Shown piece by piece: positions 1-14,228 of a stretch of DNA of 64,000 nucleotides. A program made the position numbers and the translations under genes. The notes beneath the pieces are model-generated. The model saw only the letters and a list, made by a program, of their open reading frames with translations. It was not told the origin of the DNA and did not search any database. Position 1 is the stretch's first letter. The number at the start of each line of letters is the position of its first letter. Origin of the DNA: Halocafeteria seosinensis (taxonomy: Eukaryota); the NCBI GenBank assembly GCA_001687465.1, contig LVLI01000170.1, positions 1 to 64,000 of the forward strand, read 5' to 3'.

Positions 1-481
1 AAAAAAAAAAGAAAAGTTAAGATGGCGAGTGCATGTCCACGGTCATCATGGAGTTAATCAGGCACTTACCCGGTATATCGAAGGCGAATGGACCACTCCC
101 GTCGCCAGAAGTCTGATCCTGACTTGCCCCACCAGTCTCATTGTCATGTTCCATCATAGCGTGTGTGCTACTCGCCATAGCTTCATGTGGGGATTGGAAG
201 GAGTCGTAGGCTCCGCCGTACGCCACTGTATCCTGTCCTCCTGTTGTGGCCGAGGGAGCGTCTTCGTCCAGTATAGGGTCATCATCGTCCAGATCGTCTT
301 CCACGTCTTGCTCTCCCACCATATACGTATCGCTATCTTCATCCGCCTCCGGCTGTCCTTGCTGAGAGTAGAAACCACTGGATGCACTTGCTGCTGCAGC
401 ACTGGAAGGGGCATTTCTGGAAGAACGACCTCCCGTCATGGCAACATCATCCTCCTCCACTTCACGTCTCTTGCGGCTCAT
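1..481 (-). CDS. 5' part of an unidentified gene (acidic, low-complexity N-terminus); runs off the window edge
   Basis: ATG at 481, D/E/S-rich ORF to ...GPFAFDIP, then a canonical donor G|GTAAGT at 69. The rest lies outside the window. Confidence 0.6.
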
Positions 482-647
482 TGGATTGGATGACGGAGTG
501 GAAGAAACGATAATAGTTAAGTAATTTTTTTAGAAGTGATCGGAATTATATGATATGGCTATTTTCTACAATCAATACCAGTAAAAGAACTGTCAGTAGT
601 TTATTGTTGTTGGTAGACTATCATTCATTCAAGAACTGCTGGTGAGT

Positions 648-1527
648 CTACTTTTTTGCCTGACTCTCCCATTTTTCACGTGATTTTTGCAGCTGAAATG
701 AAAGCATACCCAAGACGCAAAGTAAGCAAGAGAGAAGGAGCGCAGTCGTTAGAATGTATCAACTTACGACGTATTTCACCCGGCTGACAGCAGCGTCTGT
801 TGCCCCAGATTGTAAGGGAGATACATGAGACTCGTCATACGGCGGATCGATACAAACAGCATCCATTACAACTATGCGTGATTCCTTCCATTGGCATGGC
901 ATTCTGTGTGTGCAGCATTAATGCTTGAAATGGATTCGCTCCAACTCATCAGTCGCGAAGGGACACTCACGTTTTCTTAATTTCGTCAAATATAAACTGA
1001 CCAAAATCAGATGCTCCGGCGTTAACAGAGTCAATGGCTTCTCGATACCTCCTTTCTGCAAAGCTCTCTTTTTCTTTAATTTTGTCAATTTGAGGATGGG
1101 GAAGTTTTATCTTTTCGTCTTCAGATAATGGTCTCAGAACCTGTGTATGTATGAATTATTATCTTCCGAAAAAAAACCCAACTTCCACATCCCGTACCTG
1201 TAAGTTCGTAATATTTTTGTCTGTAATGAATCGAAAGCCTTCGAATCCCTGTTGCGTGGCATCTCCATGTTGTTGCCGCTGTTGGTCCTTATCATCATGC
1301 CGGTGCTGAAAGACAGCCGTCCGAGAAGCAGGGTCGTATCCAATGAGTTTACCTTCAAACGTTTCATTTGAGCTAGTGGTCACTTTGAGCAGCGAGTTGG
1401 CATTCCTACTGAGCACTTGTTGCGCATCACTATCACTCCCCGAAGCTCTTGTATTGACCGTCGCTGTAGAAGATGCCGTAGGGGCTGCTTTGGAAGCAGC
1501 TGCTGCTATCGACGCATAGCTCATCAC
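648..1527 (-). CDS. LSM12: LSM12-like protein (LSM domain plus anticodon-binding domain), 4 exons
   Basis: Exon 1 has an Sm-fold pattern (LLKVTTSSNETFEGKLIGYDPASRTAVF). Spliced downstream exons give GQFIFDEIKKTMPCQWKESRIVVMDAVCIDPPY, typical of the LSM12 AD domain. Stop TAG at 648-650. Confidence 0.85.
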
Positions 1528-1716
1528 ACCTTATCTACAACCTATGATGACGTATATAGATTTGTTTAATACTCTAACCTAGTCAATCGAGACGAATAAA
1601 TGAGTTGTCTGCAATAACAATACAATCAACTACCACTGAGTGCATACGACGACTTGGTTGGCTGGGTTTGTTTGTCCATTTAAGCAAGAGGTACCCCCCA
1701 GACTAGGTTCATCATC

Positions 1717-3619
1717 ATGATGATGCTACACAGGAGTGCCATGCTCTCGGGAGGTGGCCAAAGAGCCATCACTTCCTCCAGATCTTCCTCATGCATGGCA
1801 GCCACGGCCTTAAGACGCTCTGGAACTCTGGCTAACAATGGGTTCATATGGGGTCAAACTCACATGGTGGAGGCCTGTCCGGCTATGAATCACGTCTATG
1901 CAAGTCTGCAGGTGCCCCGAAGAACCTTTTCTACGTCGAAAGAGGGGAATAAGCCTCGTCCACGACCGCAAAGAGGTTCACCCACTTCGGGAACGACGGC
2001 GACTGGAGGCGCAGGGTCCTCACTCAAGGGTTTAATCGCTGAGAATTGGCCTTATGGCATTTTGGGTGCCCTCCTTTTTGGAGTATCCTATTTTGTATAC
2101 GACAGCTATGGTACGTGTGTTCCCGTGGGGTTGTGTGGGGAATGGCTGTTGGTGTAGAACGAATGGCTGACACTCCCCGTGTATTTAAATGATGCAGTGG
2201 AAAAGAAAAAGGACCCCTTAACGCGAATGAAGGAATTCATTGATGAACTTTTTAGCAACGTGGAAACCTACTCTGACCCAGACCCAGAAATGTTCCAGGT
2301 GCAATATCTGCAGGTAAGCTTTTCCCCGCTAGTGAAGTGCTGGTATACCGACAGCTGCAGCTTGTTCCATTGGCTGGCAGATGCTGGGCAATCCCATTGT
2401 ACAAATCCCTGCGTCTGCTCAAGATGGTAGCCGTGGGCAGCCTATTGTCACAGTTGTATTCACGTTGGAAGGTACCCTTCTAAAGCAATTCTACGACGTA
2501 AGTGAAGGCGTGCATCACCGATTAGATTGATTTACCAGCACACTCGGCGTCCGTTCAGAGAAAATATGGATACCGGTATGAAAGAAGACCCAATATTGGC
2601 CCATTGGTTAAAGGATTGTATCAGATGGAGACTTCGGCCTTCTTTTGGAGTACAAGCCAGTCGGGTGTCTCCTTAGGAGATCCTAACTCCATTGCATACA
2701 GAATGCTCAAGGTACGACTTGCGTATCTCTTCCATTGTCGTTCAAGTTTTTATGCCTTGGTGTAGTGTACGTGAGCAGGAGGAAAAAGTTTTCCGGACTG
2801 CTGCAGAAATGATGTCTTGCGGCTTCGGAAAGGAACATACCTTTATTGAGGCAGGGAAGCCTGTAGTCGTAAGTAGCGTACTGTTTGAGGCTGGAATGGA
2901 AATGCGTGTTGTGAAGATGTCTCCTGTCCTAGTTCAGAGCATTGCCCCTCTCCCAAGGTTTAAGCCCAATGTTCTGCTCGTAGACTGCGAGCGGCGAAAT
3001 TATGATAAGCAGCCTAACAATACATTGCTGATAAAGCCGTATACTGACGAAGACGATGACGGCAGTGCTCTTATGGATGTTCTTGCATTCATGCAATGTA
3101 AGTAAACTATGCTCACTTTCGTGCACTGCCTGAGATTATTGATTCCTAAGCTGTTGATGCTAGCTCAGTGTTCCGGAGATTGTTTAAGGCTAGGAAAGTG
3201 CGCAGCGTGGAGGAAACAATGATCTGGCTCAAAGACAAACACCCTCAAATTCTCAATGATCCATATAAAATGGGCGAATTCATTCGAGCTGAAGTAAGTC
3301 TAAGGATCCTCGAAGTCCTCCGTCCCCATCGACTGGCTCATTGTCCCTCTCTGTGTTGTCCCAGAGTGCTGACATACGTGCCAGGCAAGAGGAGATCGAA
3401 CAGAAAAGTCTGAAAGCTGTCATGCGAGGAGTCCATGGACGATCAGAGGGACTGTCGCATGCAAAAGCGGTCACAGCTCACAGCAGCCGGTACGAACGCG
3501 TTCCCGAAGAGAGCCTGGTTGCCAAGCGAATCAATAAACTGAAGAGTCAACAACAACAGATGATGAAGGCGCAACAGGCTGAGATGCAAAGACAGCAAGG
3601 TAGCGATGCTTCTGAATAA
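1717..3619 (+). CDS. TIM50: Mitochondrial import inner membrane translocase subunit TIM50-like, multi-exon
   Basis: Arg/Ser-rich presequence-like N-terminus and one TM (WPYGILGALLFGVSYFVY). Degenerate NIF/FCP1 domain after splicing (TVVFTLEGTLLKQFYD-RKYGYRYERRP ... NVLLVDCERRNYDKQPNNTLLIKPY). Confidence 0.8.
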
Positions 3620-3728
3620 CTATTTTCATTTCCTACAAATAAACGTCAACCCTTTTAGGTTTATTGAACAGAGACTACTGAATCACCTCTATGTGACGGG
3701 GCCCATTTCATGCAGCCAATTGCTGCGC

Positions 3729-4992
3729 TCACTTGTTGCCGAACTTCTTCATCATAGCAAATGCGGTCGCTGCACCTACAGCAGCGGCAACAGACACAAG
3801 TCCAAAGTCACGACAGCATGGTCCGAAACTGCTACATGAAGGCCAGTAGGGACATCGTCGCGCTCTATTCTCTTTAATGAAATATTTGTGGGCTCTGGTT
3901 TCTTCATACTGTGATAGATCTACCTCATTGAGTGTTTGCTTCACCAATTTTTCCATATCTTTCGTTCGCTCTTTCGTTGCATTAAGCACCTCCTCATGAG
4001 TAGGAATCGGCGTCGTGTCGTCACCAGGTTTCAGGCATATGTTGGTAATGAGGGCCAACCCCAGAACTTGCATACCACAATGTGAGGCAGCAATTATTTC
4101 AGGGCTCGTACTCATACCAACAGCATCTCCCCCGAGTCTTTCTAAGGCTTGGAGTTCATGAGGAGTTTCGTATGCGGGTCCGCAAACACCAGTGTAGACA
4201 CCCTCCCTCATGTAATGGCCAATACCCAACGAGGAAGCAACCTGCTTCGCAAGATCCCCCAATCCCTTGTTGTATGCTTTGGCAGCGGGAGGAAACCTCT
4301 CCCCAAAACGGTCATCATTTGGACCACGCTGCGTCCCATCAAGGGAGTTATGGTATGATGATATCTCCGGCCTATTGGACAACCGACTAAATAAAGACTT
4401 ACCAATGGATGAACGCCTGCTAGTCCTGGAAGATGGATATGGTCGCGGATCACCATGATGTCTCCGACTTTGAAATTCGTATTGATCGCACCCGAGGCGT
4501 TCGTCACCACCAAAACTTTGGCGAATGCAGCCATAACTCTCACTCCAATCACTACCTGTCATCCCAATGAGAGCGCGCGTTACAGCTAGCAGAGTCAGGA
4601 CCCGTACATCTACCAAGTATGTACCTTGTTCGGAGAATATCCTTCGTAGTAGTGGAACCTTCCTCTCATCATGATGACGTACTTGTCTCCTAGTGTTCCA
4701 CAAACCAGTTCACTTTTGTGTCCGGCTACCTGCACTCACCACCAGCAGCAGAACAGTATTTATTCTCAGAGACCACGTAACCTTCTTTCGAGACCTGACC
4801 TACCGTTGATTCGGGGAAGCCCGGAATACTGGAGTAGGGTATGGAGATCCTGTCTTCCATAATTTTGTACAAGTCCGCCAGGCCACTACCACAAATGATG
4901 GCGATCTCTGGTGTCCGAGGGATGCACTTGCGGATGTAGGCAATGGCCTGAGTGACATATTCCTGGTCCTGCTCTGTTGCATGAAGCGCCAT
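3729..4992 (-). CDS. PNP: Purine nucleoside phosphorylase (trimeric PNP I type) with C-terminal extension, multi-exon
   Basis: [66 protein letters not shown] and THEEVL motifs. Confidence 0.95.
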
Positions 4993-5330
4993 GGTTTTTC
5001 TCTTTCTAACAAAAAAAAAAACTGCAAAAAAGTAGTACTATATTATAGTGTCAACAAATACATGTAGAAAGGTTAAAAAAAAATAAAAAAAAAATGTGGG
5101 TGAATAGCGTCAAACAACCCTGAACAGAGACGGAATGTGAGAGTGTTCTCTGCCACTTGGCACAAGGACACTCAGTCAGTGCTATGATTCGGATCCAAAT
5201 ATATGCCCCACAAGGAAGAACAGGGTAAAGAGTAGAGAGAAAGGCTTATTACTACGGAAATCGGCCAACGTGGAACACGTGGAAAGGGACGAAGGAAATG
5301 AGCCATTGAGGCCAGCGCTGCGCTTGTCCC

Positions 5331-5339
5331 AACTTCAAC
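5331..5339. promoter_or_regulatory. AACTTCAAC candidate promoter element upstream of MKKS
   Basis: Exact 9-mer about 125-133 nt upstream of ATG 5464; recurs at a similar distance from other start codons. Confidence 0.5.
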
Positions 5340-5463
5340 AATGCTCTCAAATTGAGTCTCAAAGGGAGGTGTATACACAGAGTAGGGTGCCAGTATTTGG
5401 ATTGAATGCTTTGCGGAGTTTGGTATTAGTTAGAGTGAGAATGAATGCCTCAATGGATACGAT

Positions 5464-7508
5464 ATGGCGGCATCTTCAACATCAGCACCCTCCACCCAAG
5501 CTTGCTGGCAGGAGACCCTCCAGGAACTTCGTGATATTCAATACATGGCCCATCGGATGATCGGTCCTCATGGCAGGTAAGTACACTGTTGTACTCACTG
5601 CCGATCCAGTAAGGGACACAAGCTCTCGGGCTCTGGTTGTCATGAATGCAGGTTCTTTCTCACGCAAGACGGATCGCTTCTTGCTCATGGAATCGATATT
5701 GTGAATTGTCCGAGGTTAGTGAGGCGGCACTCATCTATAACAGTTAGCTTCTGTGAGGAAATTACAGAAGTTTTAGAGCCTATGCCATTTGACTGGCACA
5801 GATTCCAACGATGCACTGTAACTACCAAGATACTCATGGACATGGCTCGAGCCCAACAGAGCCAATGCTACGATGGAGTTTTATTGCTACTCTACGTTGC
5901 TTCCTCTGTGGTCATATGCTGCACATCTCTACCTTTTTCGAATAGCACGGTATTTCAAGGACTGGAGCGATGCAGGACAGATATTGATAAAGCCATACAG
6001 CAACACGACCACCGCTTTGGATTTGTGAACTTCCAGCTGCGTAACTCGCAGGTTCTGCAGAATTGGGCGACCTCGGATGTCGCAACCGGCAGCAAGCCAG
6101 CAACATTAAGCCTTTTTGAAATCAAGTTTCTGGCCAACATGGCTCTACAATCTTCCTTATGTCTTCTCGATGGACTCTCCGAGCCGGATACACCTAGTCC
6201 TATAGAGGATCCTCTGGCTCCTTCAGAATCGTTACGAAGCCTTCGAATTCTGAGTTGCTTCCGAACGTCTACTTGTTTCGAACATGATGCGCAATTAGTT
6301 AAAAGGTCTGTGGTAATTGACACACCCGTACCGCCCTTGGGAAGATGGCCCATAGCTTTCAGAGAGGACGTAGGAGAAATTGGCCTAATGCTGTGTTTTC
6401 AATGCTCGCTGCTTCCCTCTGAAGTATCTGACCCAGGATTGCCTATCCGTAGTTCATCTCGTCACTATGAGCTGTATGATTGTCTAGTGCGCACTCTCAA
6501 GAGGCAGCAAATATCCGTTGTAGCGTGCCAGAAAGTAATACCGCGTCTCTTTTTGGAGTGGTTGCTAAACGAAGGTATTCTGCCCTTGGAGCGACTCTCC
6601 ATTCGTCACTTCGGTATGTGAACTCTTTATGCGTACGATCATGATATTGCGATCTCACTCTTAGGACGTGCTTGCTCTCATTTTCATCTTCAGGAGCGAT
6701 ATGTCGGATAAGTGGAGCTACACCGATAACTGATTGGCTTGCCTTTGGTAATGACGACAGGACTGCGTATTCGCGCATTGTCAACTCGGTCGGTATTTTT
6801 GACTGTGTGAAACCCTTGCATGATCAAAAGCAGTGGGACAATATCTACGATGAGTGCGAATTGACAGTTGTACGTGGAGTCGCTTCCCTGGCGTCTGTAA
6901 GCTCTAGCCGAAACCCCGCGCTCTTCAATGCAATACGGGAAGCAGTCAGTCAGAACAAACGTGGAAGTCCACTGCCAGTCTCTACCGCCATCGTGCCACG
7001 GGTTTTCAGCGCTGGTAGTGATACGAATATCTTGGACGGTGTGTACCATGGGTTTTCCCGTCGTTTTCTAGCTTTACTTAGGGATAAAAATTCGAAAATG
7101 GTGCCAGGAAATGGTTGCTTCGAACTTAGTTGTGCTTCGGTGTTGCTTTCTGGCGTTGAATCGAACTACCATCGAGCCGTGTGTACTATTGTTTCTGTAG
7201 TAGCGGGGGTGTTGTGCAGATGTGCGTGGGCCATATCAGGCCTCATGTTGTCAGGCACTGGTTCCGCGGGACAGCAATTAGATGGCCTGCCTGAGTTCCT
7301 CGCATCCAGTCGTTCCGCGATAGACCCGTTGCAATTTGTGTCACGATATGGTGAGGAGACTTCTACGAAGCCTGAACAAGATAGCCTAGTGTTGGACCCA
7401 CTGTTGACGAAACTCTCAGCTCTCGACGCAGCACTTCAAAGTGCTCAAACAATACTGAATGTCCGGTTAGTGCACCCTAATCTGAACCGGCCATTCGACC
7501 CATACTGA
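5464..7508 (+). CDS. MKKS: Chaperonin-like BBSome assembly protein (MKKS/BBS6-like), multi-exon
   Basis: N-terminal MIGPHGR, apical-domain VVACQKVIP...GILPLERLS...ISGATPI, MVPGNGCFE and C-terminal VLDPLLTKLSALDAALQSAQTILNV match the divergent group II chaperonin MKKS pattern. Confidence 0.8.
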
Positions 7509-9290
7509 ATTGTCACAAGCCATTCGCGAATCAACTTGCGATCTTCTGTTACTCAAGAGAGTGTGTGGTATACAGCACTGTCGATTGGAAGGATATCAAA
7601 ATTGATTAAGTGAACAGTTGCACGCACAGGAAAACGAGACAAAAATTCAGAGGACGCACTTTGTCTCGGACAGGTTCTCTGCACTTACTGATCCTCACCA
7701 AAGGATACCACAGGGTTACTTTGGTGAGCTCTGAAACATAACAAGCCCAAACAAATTGTCACCGTGGAGGAAGGCCTTCGTCCGCGAAGATCTGGGAAAT
7801 GACGCTGCTCTGAATAGGCATCGAAACCGAGGCAGTGACGCCCGCGAAAGGAGACGCTGGATGAGTCAAGATGATGAATGGCCGGAAGAAAGAGACAGCG
7901 GAAGTTGCTGGGTTTGTCCGTACGACATGAAAACGTTCAGTTATTCAAGTAGGATACGCCCGTTCATTACCATTCCGGTAGTACTTTCAAGGATGGCGAA
8001 CCTGGAGAGGTTCCTGAACCTACACCTAATGAAACGGGCCAATATGAGCTTTCGACGCTCAGCAACCGTGCGGGCGTCTATTCAACTAGAGGCCGTAGCC
8101 AAAAGCATGAAGGAGGCAGCTACTCTCCATTTAAACGGTTTGGATTAAAACACTCGTGCTGTGGAAGCAGCCTTTGTACAAGAAAACCTGTGTGAGGGTC
8201 TCGTATATCTGCACACAATGTCCAAGTTTCTGGCCAAGGTTGAGAGGCCTCGTTTCGTTGTTTTGCCAAATGGCCTCATTAGCAAAATTGCGGGTCGTGT
8301 GCAGGAGTGGCAGCGCTCTGTTGGAAGTCGTACAAGTCAATAAATCTCAAGGCCACTCGGTCATGCAAACTGCACCCGAATAGCAAGGCAGTCATCCCGC
8401 TCATGTACATGTGTGTTGGTGGCTCTATCGAAACTGGGGACAAGGACGAGCACACAACCACATGTGACAGATAGCCCACCGGCTGAGAGCGAAACGATTG
8501 CTGGACTACAGGTTTGCGTCAAGGATTGAAGTCCCTCGTTCTTTTTGTCTCGCTTCTCCCGCTAGATCAGCGGGCAGTGTGTATAAATATTGCTCCTACC
8601 GAAAGAATTCTAGTCTACATGCTACGCTAAGCCGTGTGAGGAGTAAACCCTACTCGGAACTGCTCAAGCATGTTCACGCTGTGGCGCATCAACGTCCACA
8701 TCTCCCTTACCCGTAGCAATCCTCTGCAGGAACGTGCAATCCGTGGTGTCGCGCCATCACCGCGGCTATTGTATCCCGCATCGGTACTCTGGAAGAAGTT
8801 CCGAGATCCCTTACTCTTCCGTGCCGTATTTGCTCCTACAGATACAATTGTAGAAGTTGCTACGTTAAAGCGTTGAGGTATGAAGTTCTATACTATGAAC
8901 TCGATCCAGTATCCTCATGATCCTCACATTGTGGCGCAACGTAATAGACAGCCTGCATCCCGGCCATTCTCCAGTTTTCGAAAGTTCCTTATCTCCATAT
9001 TATCTCCCTACTGCCTACAGTGTACTCTGGTGGTAGTTGAGACCATCGTGGCCATCGGCTTCAGGAAGTTCAGGAACTTGGACCTTCACATATTCCCATC
9101 AAAATTTTGCGGATAACACCAGCCTCATAGTTCCAGTTCGAGCTTGGGAGTGAGGGACGAAGTCTAGTTTACATGCAAGCAGTGCTAGCCAACGCTACAT
9201 CTGGATGATGTAGCCTTCCAACCTTAACTAAGGGGCCCATTTTGGCACACATATGGAGTAGACGAAATGTTTGTTCGGTTCGTGAGCGAC

Positions 9291-9309
9291 AAGTTCAAGT
9301 TCAAGTTCA
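9291..9309. promoter_or_regulatory. (AAGTTC)x3 variant of the upstream element, before NOP15
   Basis: Tandem hexamer, reverse complement (GAACTT)3, about 110-130 nt upstream of ATG 9420. Confidence 0.4.
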
Positions 9310-9419
9310 TCAGCGTTAATAATACCCTCACTAGTTTGGCAATGAATCGTTAAACCATATAATTGATTGATTCTCTAATTAAGTCATCTGGGGAGATATA
9401 TGTGTATACCATCGTAGAT

Positions 9420-10442
9420 ATGCCGAAACGCCGAGCAGGCTCCGCCACCAGCGGTCGCGGAAAGCAGGAGTCACTGAAGGCTACAATGAGTGCTCCAGAA
9501 GAGGACTTAGAAGAGCATAATGGAAAAATCACGGAACTCAAGAAGGATTCAGTTTCCCAAGGTCCGCGAGTGGCTTCTTCCGGTTCGTCTCTGGCTGCCA
9601 AAGGTAAAAAAGGCAAGAAGAAGACAGCTAAAAAGGAGGGCCAAATTAGACCCAAGCCGAATTGTGTTATATACATTGGGCATATACCTCACGGATTTTT
9701 TGAGGATCAGATGAAAGGATTCTTCTCTCAGTTTGGAGACGTGAAGCGGGCTAGAGTATCGAGAAATATGAAAACTGGAGGGTCCAGAGGGTACGGATTT
9801 GTTGAGTTTAAGCAAGCTGAAGTAGCCAAAATCGCAGCTGAGACGATGCATAATTATGAACTTTTCGAAAGATACTTGCAAGTTCACGTGGTCCCTAAAG
9901 AAAAATTACATAGAAGGATGTTTGAAGGAGCGGACAAGGTGTTCAAAGAAATACCGCGACACGCCATCCACAAACACAAAATGGAAAAACAGACTACGGA
10001 GAGTAGTAAGAAGCGTCGTATGCACCAACTGGTCAAGAAGGAACGAGAAAAGAGAGCCAAACTGGCAGCACTTGGGATTGAATATGAATTTGAAGGTTTT
10101 GAGCAACAAATCGAACCCCTTTTAGACTCTAAGAACGAACAGCAAACAAACAACAGTGCCACAACTCCTGCTACGAGCACAGCTGGAAACGCTGGCACGA
10201 AACGAGACAGAGAAGATACATCAGCAGCCACAAGTGATGGTGCCGCACCACCTACGACTGGAGCTAAACAGGTTAATGTCAAAACTCCCGCGCGCTCCTC
10301 GAAGAAGAGCAGGAAAACCACGCCAAGCTCTACTCCATCCAAACAGGGAGTTGAAGCCACGACCACAACGACGCCAGGAAGTAACAACAGTGCGGTAGCC
10401 CGTCGGACACGTAACAGGAGTACGAAAAAACGAAAGCAGTGA
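9420..10442 (+). CDS. NOP15: Nucleolar RRM protein NOP15/NIFK (MKI67IP)
   Basis: VIYIGHIPHGFFEDQMKGFFSQFG..RARVSRNMKTGGSRGYGFVEF...AAETMHNY and KLAALGIEYEF; single exon. Confidence 0.92.
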   Translation: MPKRRAGSATSGRGKQESLKATMSAPEEDLEEHNGKITELKKDSVSQGPRVASSGSSLAAKGKKGKKKTAKKEGQIRPKPNCVIYIGHIPHGFFEDQMKGFFSQFGDVKRARVSRNMKTGGSRGYGFVEFKQAEVAKIAAETMHNYELFERYLQVHVVPKEKLHRRMFEGADKVFKEIPRHAIHKHKMEKQTTESSKKRRMHQLVKKEREKRAKLAALGIEYEFEGFEQQIEPLLDSKNEQQTNNSATTPATSTAGNAGTKRDREDTSAATSDGAAPPTTGAKQVNVKTPARSSKKSRKTTPSSTPSKQGVEATTTTTPGSNNSAVARRTRNRSTKKRKQ

Positions 10443-10618
10443 TTAATAAACTTCTTTACGTCAACACAAACTAGCAAACGCATTTTAATGCTTTATTGGT
10501 TTTCGTCTGCTACTTGAAATCTTTGTATTGTGTTGTCTTTAACGGGGGGAAAAGACAGTTATCTTACGTTGTAGCTCCGAATGCTCAGAGTCGAAGTCGA
10601 ATTGAGGAAAAGGAGCCT

Positions 10619-12292
<1,674 letters not shown>

Positions 12293-13040
12293 TGTTTTCC
12301 CACGGCCTTTAGCGATTGCTTATAACCAAAGCGAAAGCAGCGCCTCTGAGCTGCCCCAGCTAGAGCGGTGTTCAGTGTTGCGTAAAATAGCCGGTGTGGT
12401 GTTAAATAACTTTAACTCTGTGGTTTCTCCTGCAAGTTCCATAAAAGCGCGCACGGGAAAAAGGTGAAGATTTAGTCCAAAAAACCCACTGTAACTCCAC
12501 CATACACAAGCTCAACCAGAGGAAAACATCCACCCGCCAACATTGATAGATAATGAGGGGAAATGTAACCTTGTATACGGCAGCGAGCGACACAATCTCT
12601 CAAGGGGACGCAAGGGGGACAAAAAAGGGCTCCCTGAGGATAACTTACCTGACGGAATTCGTCCTCTTTTCTAACCTTTAATATCTAGCTTTGAGAGGAA
12701 ATAAGGGAAAAGTCCATCTTCCTTCCTATGGCTACACTAGATAATGAGTACGCCGTCCATATAGAGCCAATAATGCACCCCAATAGCAGGAGCTTTTTCT
12801 CAACGTCCCTCCCCTGTAGGTTGATAGGTGCGTTTTTTGCTACACACAGTACACTATCGATATAACTGATCACTGAGACATGTGCTATGAAACATGAAGA
12901 TCCAATACACACTCTTTGATCGGTGCAGCCCCTACAGAGCTCTATCGAAACAGGAACTTCAATTATTAGCCCCTGGGAACCGTTTAAGAGCCGCGGTCCG
13001 CGGACCGGGGGGAACGGCCGGTCACGGTCCGGATCTCTTC

Positions 13041-13049
13041 GTTGAAGTT
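13041..13049. promoter_or_regulatory. GTTGAAGTT (reverse AACTTCAAC) element upstream of the PQ-loop gene
   Basis: Exact 9-mer 125-133 nt upstream of ATG 13174. Confidence 0.5.
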
Positions 13050-13173
13050 TGGTCTGACAGTCTGCGTCGAGACTCTGCGAGTTCATTTGATGTAGGATTG
13101 AGACGGCGTTTGACAACGTCAACTAATGGGTCTCTCTGGCTGACAAAGACCGCCGGGAGTATCCACCTTTTTT

Positions 13174-14228
13174 ATGGCAAACCAGTGTCTACGATCCAAT
13201 TTAGAAACGGTGCTACTTGCGGTCTGGTGGTCTTATGGATTCTGCTTGACGTACTTCCATTCACAGCACACGGCCAGTCGAGCCACAGTTTGCTGCGAAC
13301 TCACAGGTTTGCCCCACACTGGTCTCACCTTAAATTCTCGGATATGTTCGGTGACTATGTACTCCCCACAGTCTTTATAGGGGGCTCTATACTACGTAAG
13401 GCGCGCAATAGAACGTCCATTCTGGTGTCGTCTTTACAGCTGTACCGATGGCTCGCAGCTTACTATCCCCAGTATAAGGAAATAGAGAGAACGAGAGACG
13501 CCTCCGGATTCTCTACGCTAGTTTCTATGATACTGCTCAGCTCAAACATTGTCAGGATATTCTATTGGTACGTCTGTTACCCTGCAATTGCTATGCTTCC
13601 GGCGGCTATGGTACGTCTTGGTTCCAGGTTTGGAGAGAGGTTTGCTCTGTCCCTACTGATCCAATCGATTGCTGTCATAGTTGGACAGCTGTTACTACTT
13701 CGATTGTGCGTCATTGTGCAAAATGAGACAAAGAAGAAATTAGGAATTGTTCGGGAGCGTCATCGGCGATTCTTGGACTTCAAAGCCGCGGACTTTTGGA
13801 AATGGGACGACTTCTCGAGTTATCTACAGGCACTAGGCACACTGATTCTCCTGCTCTCCGTATCGTTTGTTCTTTTCTCTCCGGCAAAATTGTATATCCA
13901 AGTTTTAGGTGGCATTGCTCTCGGTATAGAAGCAATGTTGGGAGTTCCTCAAGCATACAGGAATTTCGTTAACAAGTCTACCACAGGACTAAGGTAAGTC
14001 GATTCTGCCGACGATTTATACAAAGGTATGATTTATCCGTACTCTTTTTTTCAATGCGCTTCCTCTTGCAGCATAGTGATGGTTTTTTCATGGCTTATTG
14101 GAGACGCGTTCAAGACATTCTACTTTTTATACAGTGCTAGTCCTATACCATTTGTCGCCTGCGGAGCATTTCAACTGTTTGTGGACGTGATAATTCTGAT
14201 TCAAATCTTTATTCTGTACAAGAAGTAG
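13174..14228 (+). CDS. PQ-loop repeat membrane protein (PQLC1/SLC66A2-like), 5 exons
   Basis: Two PQ motifs (PYYPQY; AMLGVPQAYRNF), GFSTLVSMILLSSNIVRIFYW, FWKWDDF, WLIGDAFKTFYF. ATG 13174 splices in frame to FAPHWSH...; an alternative start is at 13344. Confidence 0.9.

Noticed and set aside
2440..2500. NIF domain as an active CTD phosphatase
   Set aside because: The DxDxT motif is replaced by FTLEGT; with the presequence and TM this fits TIM50.
9884..10483. Long antisense ORFs (also 11910-12467, 31343-31948, 50233-50751, 51865-52305)
   Set aside because: They are shadows of low-complexity coding sequence on the opposite strand with no independent motifs.
12643..12651. ACTTACCTG, identical to the U1 snRNA 5' end
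   Set aside because: No U1 stem-loop I (GATCACGAAG), loop II (ATTGCAC) or Sm site follows. It is better read as a minus-strand splice donor.
12685..13122. 145-aa minus-strand ORF
   Set aside because: It has a non-ATG start and no recognisable motif, and it overlaps the promoter element of the PQ-loop gene.
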